DNA of 64,000 nt from an uncultured Clostridia bacterium (GCA_944350015.1 CALVNW010000003.1:38907-102906), one strand, 5' to 3'. Positions 54,021 to 63,139 are shown, counted from the stretch's first letter. Made by a program: numbers and translations. Notes: a model not told the origin generated them from the letters alone.

Positions 54021-56480
54021 TTGAATAGTATCTCGTTGTTAAACCTAAGTTTTTGGGGTAAGCTACTGACAGCGTTTGACTTAATACCAAAAGTTGTCTA
54101 CTTCCTTTATGCTTGTCTTTCTTCAGCGGTAGATGCATTGCAGGCACTAGTAAGAAAACTTGCAGGTCTTGACGTATACTATCAAACAGTAAACGGTGAA
54201 GCTCAGGCAGTTTCAGGTGTTGACCCATTGACTGAGTTTATATATGGTATCCTCGGTTTTGGCGATAGCGCGTATATGTATGAGGCTTTAAATACTGTCT
54301 TTTGGTCTTTAGCAATATTTGGTCTTATTGTGCTTTCTGTGTCTGTTATTGTTGCAATGATAAAGTCACATTACAGCGAGGATACTTCTGCAACAAGCCC
54401 TTGGAAATATATTTACACTGCAGGCAAGGCGATTTTTACTTTTGCTTTAGTACCTCTTGCGGTTATTATAGGTTTGCAACTGTCTTCATTTGTTTTAAGA
54501 ACGCTTGACAATATCACGGCAGGCAGTGCAACAAATGCTGAACTACAGACTATGTTTGGCTCAGATGCTATGTCACGTTTTCAGCCAGGAGAAGAGGCTG
54601 AGGTTGGAGACGATGGTCAAGTTGAGTTCCAAACACTTACATATGGCAATTACGATTTGTTTGGCAATGGTCTTCCAACTTCGACGGTCACTTTCTCGGG
54701 AATGTTATTTAATGCATCAGCCTATTCCTCTAACAGAGCGCGCCTTGGTCAATATGATGTGAATCATATGAGAGGCTTCTTTGGTGGATTATTTGGTGCT
54801 GATGGGTCTGATTATTCTCAGGCAACAACAAACGCTGAAAGACTTGAGTATATGGCTGGACAAGTGGACTACCTCTTTATGAATAACATACATTTTAGAG
54901 AAAGTTATAGCTACAGCAGTGTGGTAAGCGAGGCAGATGACATCGCGCCGGTTTGGTCGGCAACGGACTTTTTTGCGCCAGGCAGTGTTGAGAGCTTTAG
55001 CAAATTTAACGTGTCTCTTGTGTGGATTTTCTATAACCTATGGCAATTTAACTATATAATAGCCTTTGTCGGAGTATTTACAACCTTTGTCATAATGATT
55101 TCTATTGTATTTGGAATGATGACGAGGCTTATAAAGGGCGCTGCACTATTCCTAGTTTATCCAGCGCTTTTAGGCATAGCACCGTTAGACAACTTCAATG
55201 CATTTAAAGGATGGGTTAGAAACTTTATGAGCCAAGTGATGATGGCTTTCGGTTCAATAGTTGGTATAAACCTATTGATGTTGATACTACCTTACGTTCA
55301 AAATATAAGTTTCTTTAACATTGGTATCGTAGATGCACTTATTCAATTGATTATGTTAATTACTGGTTTACTTATGGCAAAAGACTTTATAGGAATTGTT
55401 AACGGCTTTGTCGGCGGTGCTGACGCTCTTAATGCTGGCGACGCAATGAAAGGAACCGTAGGTGGCAAACTTAAGGCAGGCATCAAACCTGTGGCAAATG
55501 TTGCAGGAGCTGGTGTGAGACTTGCTGGAAAAGGCGCTATGATGGGTGTTAGGGCAACTGGTAATTTAGTGAAAGCTGGAGCATATACAATTGCTAATAA
55601 AACGTCGGCATCTAGGGCGAATAGGGCTAAGAAAAAGGCTGAGAAGCTGTCAAGTATGGCAGAAGCGAAGAAAACTGAAAACAAGAAAACCCTTCAAACT
55701 TTACGTCTTAGTAACAATAATAAGACAGGCTATAAAGCTGAAGTTGATAAAGCTAGAAAGGATGCAATAGCTAAGGCTGCAAAACAAGGACTTTCTAAGA
55801 CAGCGCAAGCTGAGGCAGGAAGAAAAGCCTCTCTAGCTGCTGCCGACAGAATAGCTAAAAAGAATAATCTTAATAATTATAAAACAAATGAAAAGAAGAT
55901 TGACAAATATACTCGAAAGGCAGACAAGGCACAACTTAAACAACAAAACCTTGAGAAGAAATATAAGCTTCATACCACAACTGGCGGAAGTTATATGCGA
56001 TCAAAAGATACCAAGAAACAAGTTAGAGACCACTTCCTTAAGGTTCCAGCACAGATGGGTAAAGATATGCTTGATATGGGTAAGACCCTTGCTGATGGTT
56101 TCTTAAAGACCTTGAAGAGTGCTGGTGGATTCTTGCTACCTGATAAATTGCAATCTGCCGCTAAAGAAATAATGGGCGAGTCACTTTCTTATAAGGGCGG
56201 TGTATTTGAAGAATCTGAGAAGAGGAAGAAGGAAGCTGCTGGTAAGGCTGCTGCTACTGAGAAAGAGGCAAGGTCAGCTGATACTCAAAAGACTATTGCA
56301 GAGAGTACCTCAAAACAAGCAGAGCTTACAAGAGATATGGTTGCATCTCTTAAATCAATTGCCACATCAACCTCTAATAATGCAAGCTTACAAAAGGCTA
56401 CACAACAGGCTATTAATAACTTAGCTAAACAACTAGGCAACAATAATAACGGTGGTAGTTCGGGCAGTTCAAACCCTTAA
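54021..56480 (+). CDS. large polytopic membrane protein with a Lys/Ala-rich C-terminal tail of about 330 aa
   Basis: 819-aa ORF (TTG start). At least 7 hydrophobic helices in the first roughly 480 aa. The rest is highly charged with low complexity (ANRAKKKAEKLSSMAEAKKTENKK...). No family recognised with confidence. Confidence 0.8.
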   Translation: MNSISLLNLSFWGKLLTAFDLIPKVVYFLYACLSSAVDALQALVRKLAGLDVYYQTVNGEAQAVSGVDPLTEFIYGILGFGDSAYMYEALNTVFWSLAIFGLIVLSVSVIVAMIKSHYSEDTSATSPWKYIYTAGKAIFTFALVPLAVIIGLQLSSFVLRTLDNITAGSATNAELQTMFGSDAMSRFQPGEEAEVGDDGQVEFQTLTYGNYDLFGNGLPTSTVTFSGMLFNASAYSSNRARLGQYDVNHMRGFFGGLFGADGSDYSQATTNAERLEYMAGQVDYLFMNNIHFRESYSYSSVVSEADDIAPVWSATDFFAPGSVESFSKFNVSLVWIFYNLWQFNYIIAFVGVFTTFVIMISIVFGMMTRLIKGAALFLVYPALLGIAPLDNFNAFKGWVRNFMSQVMMAFGSIVGINLLMLILPYVQNISFFNIGIVDALIQLIMLITGLLMAKDFIGIVNGFVGGADALNAGDAMKGTVGGKLKAGIKPVANVAGAGVRLAGKGAMMGVRATGNLVKAGAYTIANKTSASRANRAKKKAEKLSSMAEAKKTENKKTLQTLRLSNNNKTGYKAEVDKARKDAIAKAAKQGLSKTAQAEAGRKASLAAADRIAKKNNLNNYKTNEKKIDKYTRKADKAQLKQQNLEKKYKLHTTTGGSYMRSKDTKKQVRDHFLKVPAQMGKDMLDMGKTLADGFLKTLKSAGGFLLPDKLQSAAKEIMGESLSYKGGVFEESEKRKKEAAGKAAATEKEARSADTQKTIAESTSKQAELTRDMVASLKSIATSTSNNASLQKATQQAINNLAKQLGNNNNGGSSGSSNP

Positions 56481-56489
56481 TAGCAGACA

Positions 56490-56527
56490 AAAAAGATGAG
56501 ATTGATTAGAACCTTTCTCATCTTTTT
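56490..56527 (+). terminator. rho-independent terminator
   Basis: aaaaagatgag / ctcatcttttt. Confidence 0.7.
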
Positions 56528-56655
56528 CATTTATATTATAGAAATTTAATTTACACTCATAGCGCATTGAAATTTTAAAACATTATGACATATTAGATAT
56601 TTTGTTTAAAAGCAATTAAAGATTTTAAATATATGAGGATGTCAAAAGATATTTA

Positions 56656-57363
56656 TCAAAACTCTATTAAAGTAAAACCAGTTCGCCACTGAAAGTTTTT
56701 GCTCAGAAAATTAAATGCCTGCACTTCGCCCATGCCACCAAGTTTTATAAGTCTTAATTTATCGTAGGGGGTGCTATCCAGAATGCGCAATGACGCATAA
56801 CAAGCGTTTGATACTTGCTGACAAAGAGCTGTCTTGCAGGCAGGACAAACAAAACTTCCGTCATTAAAATCAAAATATCTTATATTTAATAATGAATTGC
56901 AACTAGGGCATCGGTCTGTTATAAAGCCATAGCCTAGTGCCTTAAAGATTGCCAGCAAAAATTTGTCAATACAGTAGTATTTTTTTACTTGGTCATAGCA
57001 AAGTGTTTTTAATGCCTTAATTATTTCAATAAAAAGTTGAGGGTCGCTCTCTTTTGCTATTTTGTCTACAATATCAAGTATCGCACAACCCTCATAATAT
57101 CTATCTATATCTTTTGATAAATCATAAAAGTTATCTATTATATCAACAGAGGTGACAATATTTATATTTTTTGTTTGCTCGATAACAAAATCTCCAAAAC
57201 AAAAAATTTCTTTAGCTGACTTTAACTTTGCTTTGTCACCTTTTACGCCTCTCATTGAAGCCAGCATTATGCCATTTTCAAGAGAAAAGAGGTGAATTAT
57301 TTTGTCTTTGTCCTTTGAATCAGTGCTTTTTATAACTATAGCTTTGGTCTTTATGGATGCCAT
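56656..57363 (-). CDS. recO: DNA repair protein RecO
   Basis: N-terminal OB-fold pattern (KAIVIKSTDSKDKDKIIHLFS) and Cys4 zinc motif (CPSCNS...CPACK). Confidence 0.88.
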   Translation of the reverse strand: MASIKTKAIVIKSTDSKDKDKIIHLFSLENGIMLASMRGVKGDKAKLKSAKEIFCFGDFVIEQTKNINIVTSVDIIDNFYDLSKDIDRYYEGCAILDIVDKIAKESDPQLFIEIIKALKTLCYDQVKKYYCIDKFLLAIFKALGYGFITDRCPSCNSLLNIRYFDFNDGSFVCPACKTALCQQVSNACYASLRILDSTPYDKLRLIKLGGMGEVQAFNFLSKNFQWRTGFTLIEF

Positions 57364-57364
57364 T

Positions 57365-57634
57365 TTATTCTAAGTTTATCCCTTCATATTCGCTTTCTAA
57401 TGCTTGTGGCTTTATCGGTGACAGCTCTTTATCTTGATTGTCGGCTTGATTTTGTTTGTTATATTCGCCTAAAAGGTCATAATACTTTTCTGCAAGTTCA
57501 ATTAAAAGTCTCATATCTTCTGTGTCACCAGTAACAGAGGCTACATCTTGCCAAAAACCAAGGTAATCACTCTTTGCTTTAGCAAGTTTTTTCTCTAAAC
57601 TCTTGTCATTCGCGTTATTGTCTTTTTCTTTCAT
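57365..57634 (-). CDS. small YqzL-like protein upstream of recO
   Basis: GGAGGGG lies before ATG 57634. FWQDVASVTGDTEDMRLLIEL resembles the YqzL W..F..TG.I..YLL core. The position next to recO matches Bacillus. Confidence 0.5.
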   Translation of the reverse strand: MKEKDNNANDKSLEKKLAKAKSDYLGFWQDVASVTGDTEDMRLLIELAEKYYDLLGEYNKQNQADNQDKELSPIKPQALESEYEGINLE

Positions 57635-57810
57635 AGCCCCTCCTTTGTTATTATTAGTATATACCAAACATTTAAAAACTTCAACATTTTTTATAGTTTT
57701 TCAAAAAATCTTTTGTCTATTTTTATATGGCTAGGGGGTGAAGATTTGTTCTTAATTGGGAATAATGACAAAATTGCTATAAGTTTTATAAGATAAGGGA
57801 AAATCTATTA

Positions 57811-58329
57811 TTATACTATCTTTGTGATACTGATATTTCCGCTGTTTAGCACTTGCGAGGTGCTGTTTGCGTTTCTGATAGTAATTTCACCAGTAGGCGC
57901 GGTTATTTCAACAAAACTGCTACCAGAGTGAGTCGCAGAAGCGCTAGCAGTACCACTTACCGAAGATAACGATGAAGGTAAAAGCACGCCATTAAGATAT
58001 ATACCATAGCTTGACAAACCATTGCTTGCGATAGTTGCGTTTATATTGTAGTTAATCATATATCTGCCGTTTACAAGGGTGTAAGCACCTAGGTTGTTAT
58101 AGAAAATTGCACTTCCTTGACTGAATGCAGTGTTTGAAAGAACATTGCTGTTTTGCAATATAGTTTGAGCTGTCGCGTCACTTATGATGCTTGAAGATTC
58201 TACAACAGGGTTTATAATAGTTGTGCCCGATTGATTTAAAAGTGCAAGAAAGTTTTGGTAGCAATTAAAGATTGGTCTAGGGAAATTTCTAAAAGAGTTG
58301 CACTGGTTAAAATTTAAGTTACAAGGCAT
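57811..58329 (-). CDS. hypothetical protein, possibly a BclA-C-terminal/C1q-like jelly-roll domain
   Basis: 172 aa, Ser/Asn/Thr-rich beta pattern (..GAYTLVNGRYMINYNINA...GIYLNGVLLPSS....ITIRNANSTSQVLNSGNISITKIV). Assignment is by resemblance only. Confidence 0.55.
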   Translation of the reverse strand: MPCNLNFNQCNSFRNFPRPIFNCYQNFLALLNQSGTTIINPVVESSSIISDATAQTILQNSNVLSNTAFSQGSAIFYNNLGAYTLVNGRYMINYNINATIASNGLSSYGIYLNGVLLPSSLSSVSGTASASATHSGSSFVEITAPTGEITIRNANSTSQVLNSGNISITKIV

Positions 58330-58477
58330 ATTTCCTCCTAAATCACAGCCCTATTACATTATATTAAAATTTGATTTTCTTGACATAGCGATTTAAGTAA
58401 ATTTGGTAAAAACATCGCCTAGTGAAAGTTAAACAATAAATTTTGTAGATAAAATTAAAAAAAATATGAAAAAATAG

Positions 58478-58506
58478 TTGACAATCAAGATAGAATTTGA
58501 TATATT
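58478..58506 (+). promoter_or_regulatory. candidate sigma-A promoter of tRNA-Val
   Basis: TTGACA (58478-58483), 17-nt spacer, TATATT (58501-58506). Confidence 0.5.
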
Positions 58507-58574
58507 AATAAAGCAAACTAAAAGCAAGGGCTGATTACAAGCATCAATTGTAAATGTTTTGCAACAAATTAAAT

Positions 58575-58650
58575 GGAAGTTTAGCTCAGCTGGGAGAGCA
58601 TCTGCCTTACAAGCAGAGGGTCATAGGTTCGAGCCCTATAACTTCCACCA
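58575..58650 (+). tRNA. tRNA-Val (anticodon TAC), CCA encoded
   Basis: Acceptor GGAAGTT/AACTTCC, D arm GCTC..GAGC, anticodon loop CTTACAA, T loop TTCGAGC. Confidence 0.92.
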
Positions 58651-58660
58651 GTAGTATTAG

Positions 58661-58700
58661 ATAAGCATTAGATAACACAATATCTAGTGCTTATTTTTTT
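58661..58700 (+). terminator. terminator after tRNA-Val
   Basis: ataagcattagata / tatctagtgcttat (one G-U pair) followed by T7. Confidence 0.7.
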
Positions 58701-58741
58701 GTTATCTATAAAATTGCCATCAATTATCATAGTAAAAATTA

Positions 58742-58909
58742 TTGTATAACCTGTGTATATCTTCTTTTACAACAGCGTTTAAGATAAGTGTAAATATTGT
58801 CTGGTTTGGTAATGCTAGAGTGTCCTAAATAATTTTGCCGTTTTTTATCTCTATAACCAGCAGAAAATAACCAAATAGGAAATAAAAAAGACAATACAAG
58901 TGTATTGCC
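58742..58909 (-). pseudogene. C-terminal remnant of a tyrosine recombinase/integrase
   Basis: The minus-strand frame reads ..FSAGYRDKKRQNYLGHSSITKPDNIYTYLKRC..*. The LGHSSI..T...Y motif is the catalytic-Tyr end of phage-type integrases. Only about 55 codons are open, with no upstream body. Confidence 0.5.
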
Positions 58910-59208
58910 TTAATTTTAAGCGTATTGGAGAAAACGCTTAAAATTTATTAAGATGTCTTTCTAAACATCTTGACCTAATTATAGCACAAGAATTTTCAAA
59001 AATCAACTAAATACAACATATTTTGTAAAATATTTTACAAAATGTGCAAAATTTAACAAAACCTTATATGTGGGTTACAGATAGCGTGTCGCATTTTTTC
59101 GAGCCTTACGCTCGGCGTTTTTAATCACCCTCATTGACAGAAATTACGGAGTAGTAAAGTGTAGGAGCATTTTTTGGTGATAATTTCGAGCGAAGCACGT
59201 CAATTTGC

Positions 59209-59273
59209 TTGACAAAAAATGCTGGGGGGGTAGAATAGGGTATCCAAAATTTTATTTTGGATACCCTATTCTA
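59209..59273 (+). promoter_or_regulatory. P1 promoter variant (T-interrupted G7 tract) with a co-varied palindrome (copy 4)
   Basis: TTGACA 59209-59214, spacer ..gcTggggggg (G7 59224-59230), TAGAAT 59231-59236. Palindrome arms 59231-59250 and 59254-59273. Confidence 0.5.
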
Positions 59274-59372
59274 TATTTTTATATGTTTTAACCTAAATTT
59301 TCTTTAAAAACAACAAATTAAAAATATTTTAAAATTTGTCATTAAATTTGACGCAATTGTGACGGCGCACTT

Positions 59373-59401
59373 GTGACAAAGGGTAAATTAAAGGTTAAAA
59401 T
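59373..59401 (+). promoter_or_regulatory. P2 candidate proximal promoter (copy 4)
   Basis: GTGACA, 17-nt spacer, TAAAAT. Confidence 0.35.
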
Positions 59402-59412
59402 AGGGGTGAATA

Positions 59413-59437
59413 ATGCAAAAATCGTCGATTTTTGCAT
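59413..59437 (+). promoter_or_regulatory. 25-nt perfect leader palindrome (copy 4)
   Basis: Identical to 45929-45953. Confidence 0.5.
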
Positions 59438-59526
59438 AATATTAGATTATTTTACGCAAAGTAATATTAAAAACAAATGCCGAAAGGTGCCTCTTACTAC
59501 GAGAGGGTTTTTAAAAGGAGAAAGGT

Positions 59527-60912
59527 ATGAAAAGTTTAAAAGTCAAATTAGTGTCAATAGTGTCGGCGTTTATACTAGCCTTATCATTGCTTATAGTTGG
59601 AGTATGGGCGGTAGGGCAGAGCCAAACTATTACAATGGAAGGTAGTGTCAATTTTAATGTTGCCGATAAAAGTCTGTATGTAAAAGATGTACGGATGCAA
59701 GAGGATGTTAATAGCGCGCCGTATAGCCTAAAAGACCAAGACAGGTTTATGCCGGGGTATATCAATGGTAATTTTAATATGAACTTAGGAGAATTTACCA
59801 ATGATTACGGCACCTTTGCACTATATTTTGATATCATCAACACAATGGATGAATCGACAAGTGAAACCTTTGCATATACTGTAGACCCACCAACGCAACC
59901 TAGCAATGGCACAGCTACAATTACAATCCTCGACATTAACGGTGATGCAATCGACCGAATACCACAAGGCACAGTAAAACCATCACAGATTTCAGACAGC
60001 ACACAAGCATCGGCAACAATAAAACTTACAATTGCATCGACCTCATCAACACAAGTTGATTTAAGTGAGATAACAATCACTATCAATCAAGTTGAGCCAA
60101 AAGAAATTTTAGAAGGTTTTATATTTGACGATAGTGGCAATTTAACCTCATACGCAGGTACTGAAAGTGAGGTTACAGTCCCATCCTCATATTCAATGAT
60201 AGGAGAGCCTACAACAAAATCTCTATATTTTGAAAATTTTGATAGTATAAATGAATATGCGATGACATTAGTAAGCTTAACAAATTTTAAGTTAACAACA
60301 GACGATGGCGAAGAATATATATTTGAAGACTACGGAGAAATGGCTTCTTCTTTATATCCTGAAAGCTATTTTCCTTGCACGATAGAGTATAAAGATTATT
60401 CTAATGTTACTTTCACAACAGGCAGTGACTATCAAGTAGAAGGAGTGGTAAGTGCATTTGCATTTAATCAAACAATTCAAACAGTTAATCTACCTGATTC
60501 TATTAAAAATATAGGGCTTTATTCGTTTGTGTCCTCTACTTTAAAGGAGTTGACATTGCCGTCAAGTTTAACAAGTATAGGGTATGGTGCATTCCTTGAT
60601 TGCAGTGGGCTTACAAGTATAGCCTTGCCAGAAGGTTTAACAAGTATAGGAGATTATGCATTCCAAGATTGCAGTGGACTTACAAGTTTAGATTTAAGCG
60701 GATGTACAAGTTTAACAAGTATAGGAAATTGGGCATTCTCTTATTGCAGTGATTTAAAGTCAGTTGTTTTTCCTGAAGGTTCAACAGGGTGGGAAGTGTC
60801 AACTTCGTCATCTATGACAAATCCAATTCCTGTTGATGTAACAAATTCTAGCACCAACGCAAGCAATCTTACTGGGCAGTATAGCACTTACTACTGGAAA
60901 CGTAATGTGTAG
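59527..60912 (+). CDS. secreted mosaic surface protein (N-domain like gene 46043, middle module like gene 28159, short BspA-type LRR array)
   Basis: The first 30 aa are identical to the 46043 product. Residues from about 194 to 341 are nearly identical to the 28159 product. It has 4-5 LRR units and the tail ..VTNSSTNASNLTGQYSTYYWKRNV. Confidence 0.92.
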   Translation: MKSLKVKLVSIVSAFILALSLLIVGVWAVGQSQTITMEGSVNFNVADKSLYVKDVRMQEDVNSAPYSLKDQDRFMPGYINGNFNMNLGEFTNDYGTFALYFDIINTMDESTSETFAYTVDPPTQPSNGTATITILDINGDAIDRIPQGTVKPSQISDSTQASATIKLTIASTSSTQVDLSEITITINQVEPKEILEGFIFDDSGNLTSYAGTESEVTVPSSYSMIGEPTTKSLYFENFDSINEYAMTLVSLTNFKLTTDDGEEYIFEDYGEMASSLYPESYFPCTIEYKDYSNVTFTTGSDYQVEGVVSAFAFNQTIQTVNLPDSIKNIGLYSFVSSTLKELTLPSSLTSIGYGAFLDCSGLTSIALPEGLTSIGDYAFQDCSGLTSLDLSGCTSLTSIGNWAFSYCSDLKSVVFPEGSTGWEVSTSSSMTNPIPVDVTNSSTNASNLTGQYSTYYWKRNV

Positions 60913-60966
60913 GGAGCCAGGAAGGGCAACAAAATCCCAGTTGAAAAAGAGCCTTAAAAAATAAAG

Positions 60967-61002
60967 AACAATGATTGCATATGATACCAATCATTGTTTT
61001 TT
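60967..61002 (+). terminator. rho-independent terminator
   Basis: aacaatgattg / caatcattgtt stem followed by a T run. Confidence 0.75.
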
Positions 61003-61266
61003 AAATAGGCATATTAGAACTATTAAGTAAATTTTATTTATCTTAATTATTAACTTATTAAAATTAAATTTAAAAATAGTTATTTCTGAGTGTTATTTTT
61101 TTGCCTATAAATTAAGTTGTATTTATCTAAAAAAATATTTTGATGATAAAAAATTAACAAATAATTTATAAAAACATCAAAAAATAGTACAGAAATTTGA
61201 CTTTTGATATGATTTTAACTATAATATCTTCGTTGTTTAAAAATAAGTTATACAAAGGATGAAAAA

Positions 61267-61950
61267 ATGAGAAAGATATTTACAACTATTACAGCATTTA
61301 TGATGGTGTTATTTTCGGGTGCTATGTTGACTGCTTGTGACGAAGAGCCCATTTTATATACAATAACTTATAATCAATCAGAAGATTATATTGTTACACT
61401 CAGCAAAACTGAAGCACAAGCAGGCGAGAGTGTAGAGGTTATCATTGATACAGAATATGCAATAGTCAGCGTATATACAGATGGCAATGCCTGTGAGAAA
61501 GTCGAAGAGAATAAATATTCTTTTACGATGCCTGCAGAGGATGTAAATTTGTCAATAGAACTTGAAAATACACCCTTGGACATAACAAAAGGTAATATTT
61601 ATATTAAAGACCTATGGCTAGAGGATATGACTGGCGAAAGGGTGACTGTAGATAATTTTAGACCAAGCTATATTACTGAAACATTTACATTGCCATCAAT
61701 GATATTAGACCAAGAATATTATACAATAAATATAGAGGCAATCAACCTAACAGAATCAGACTATTTGATAGAATTAACTTGCAATGATATAAACGCAGAG
61801 GCTTATATGCTTGTCGTAGCTCTTAGTTCAGAGCAAGAACTCGAAGGACTTACATTAGGGAGCAAGGGCGAGATATTGATAGCAGAGTTATATTCATTTG
61901 CCACTAACATAGACTTAAGTTCGCTAACAATCACATTTATAAGTCTTTAA
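61267..61950 (+). CDS. lipoprotein with a beta-rich domain related to the N-domains of the LRR family
   Basis: Lipobox LTAC (MRKIFTTITAFMMVLFSGAMLTAC). The C-terminal part (..GNIYIKDLWLEDMTGERV...YTINIEAINLTESDY..) echoes ..LYIKDVRMQE...FDVINTMDE.. of the paralogues. Confidence 0.75.
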   Translation: MRKIFTTITAFMMVLFSGAMLTACDEEPILYTITYNQSEDYIVTLSKTEAQAGESVEVIIDTEYAIVSVYTDGNACEKVEENKYSFTMPAEDVNLSIELENTPLDITKGNIYIKDLWLEDMTGERVTVDNFRPSYITETFTLPSMILDQEYYTINIEAINLTESDYLIELTCNDINAEAYMLVVALSSEQELEGLTLGSKGEILIAELYSFATNIDLSSLTITFISL

Positions 61951-62486
61951 ATTTTGGTGTTTATTAGATATCTGTTTATATTTTATTTTATAAGTTTGAT
62001 TCCATATTTAAAGTAATAGAAAATTATAGTATATAACAACTATCAAAAACAAGGCTAATTTTTCTAAGCCTTGTTTTATTGGTGCAAGAAAACGAATCTT
62101 GAAAGAGAATACACCTCTTCTTTAAGGTTCGTTTAGTTTTTTATCTAAAAAGTTTGTGTTGTTCTTTGTCTAAAAAAGTTCGTGGAATTCTTTGCCTGCG
62201 TTGATTTGAAGTAAAATTTATATTAAATCCTATTTATCTATTTTTATATAAACAAATTGAAGTATTATATAACGATATTATCTTGTCCGTCAAATATATC
62301 ATCAAAATCCGCGAAACCGTAAAAGTTCAAGTTAATTAGATAGTGGCAAGAATTATATTCAAGTCCATTTGTATTAACATACTCATATGCTGGCTTAATT
62401 TCAATGATATTTTCTCCTGTGTAGAACTACTTTCCAATAACAAGTCAATTTAATAAAATCATATAATGATATAGCTAGAGGTGGGT

Positions 62487-63023
62487 ATGACCAATTTTAT
62501 TGTTTCTCAGATTTTAGGTCTCTTTGCTCTTATTTTAGTTTGTGTATCATATTCTTTTAATGAAAAAGGTAAATTTTTGATTTATCAGATAAGTGCAAAT
62601 ATTTTTTACTCAGCATCGTTCTTATTTTTAGGCGTATTTGTTGGCGGACTTAACACAATTGTGTCAATTATTCGTGTAATTGTGCTGTATTTTTTTGAGC
62701 GTAAAGATAAAAGCCCGTCTACAGGTGTTTATGTGCTGTTTGCGATGTCTTATTTACTGGTTGGAAATATTTGTTTTCAAACGCAGTTTGACATAATGGC
62801 AATTATAGCCTATGAGTTCTTCAATGTGGCAATGTTTATTCGCGATATTGGTTTTACAAGAATCTTGATGGTTTTCCCTAATATATTGATAATAATATAC
62901 AATATTATCTCTCAAACATATACAAATGCAATACTAGACTTAACCGAAATAGTTGTGCTTTTAATAATGATAGTGAAGTTCTCCTGGAGCTATAGATATA
63001 AAAGATACAAACATATAATTTAG
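62487..63023 (+). CDS. YgjV-like inner membrane protein
   Basis: Five or six TM helices with a ..SQILGLFALILVCVSYSF..K..L..Q..AN.. start. GAGGTG lies 5 nt before ATG 62487. Confidence 0.55.
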   Translation: MTNFIVSQILGLFALILVCVSYSFNEKGKFLIYQISANIFYSASFLFLGVFVGGLNTIVSIIRVIVLYFFERKDKSPSTGVYVLFAMSYLLVGNICFQTQFDIMAIIAYEFFNVAMFIRDIGFTRILMVFPNILIIIYNIISQTYTNAILDLTEIVVLLIMIVKFSWSYRYKRYKHII

Positions 63024-63139
63024 GTAAAAACACATAAAAAATGGCAAAAAAATAAATTTTTTGTTATATTTTCACTATTTTTGTTTTATATAAATATTTT
63101 TTCAATTTTTTCTCATCTTAAAAGTGTTAGGAGGAAATT

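Larger units (their letters stand above)
59072..59526 (+). repeat. conserved mosaic upstream cassette, copy 4 of 4 (before LRR gene 59527)
   Basis: Shares gggttacagatagcgtgtcgcattttttcgagccttacgctcggcg... with copy 3. From P2 to the ATG it differs from copy 2 at only one position by eye. Confidence 0.85.

Noticed and set aside
28159-60912. A diversity-generating retroelement acting on the variable surface proteins
   Set aside because: There is no reverse-transcriptase gene, no template/variable repeat pair and no adenine-specific mismatch pattern. Variation between paralogues is block-wise (recombination-like) instead.
62278-62430. A possible minus-strand coding remnant (..YTGENIIEIKPAYEYVNTNGLEYNSCHYLINLNFYGFADFDDIFDGQDNIVI*)
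   Set aside because: It looks protein-like, but it is preceded by an in-frame stop, has no start or RBS, is under 55 codons, and matches no family I can recognise. I recorded it but did not call it.
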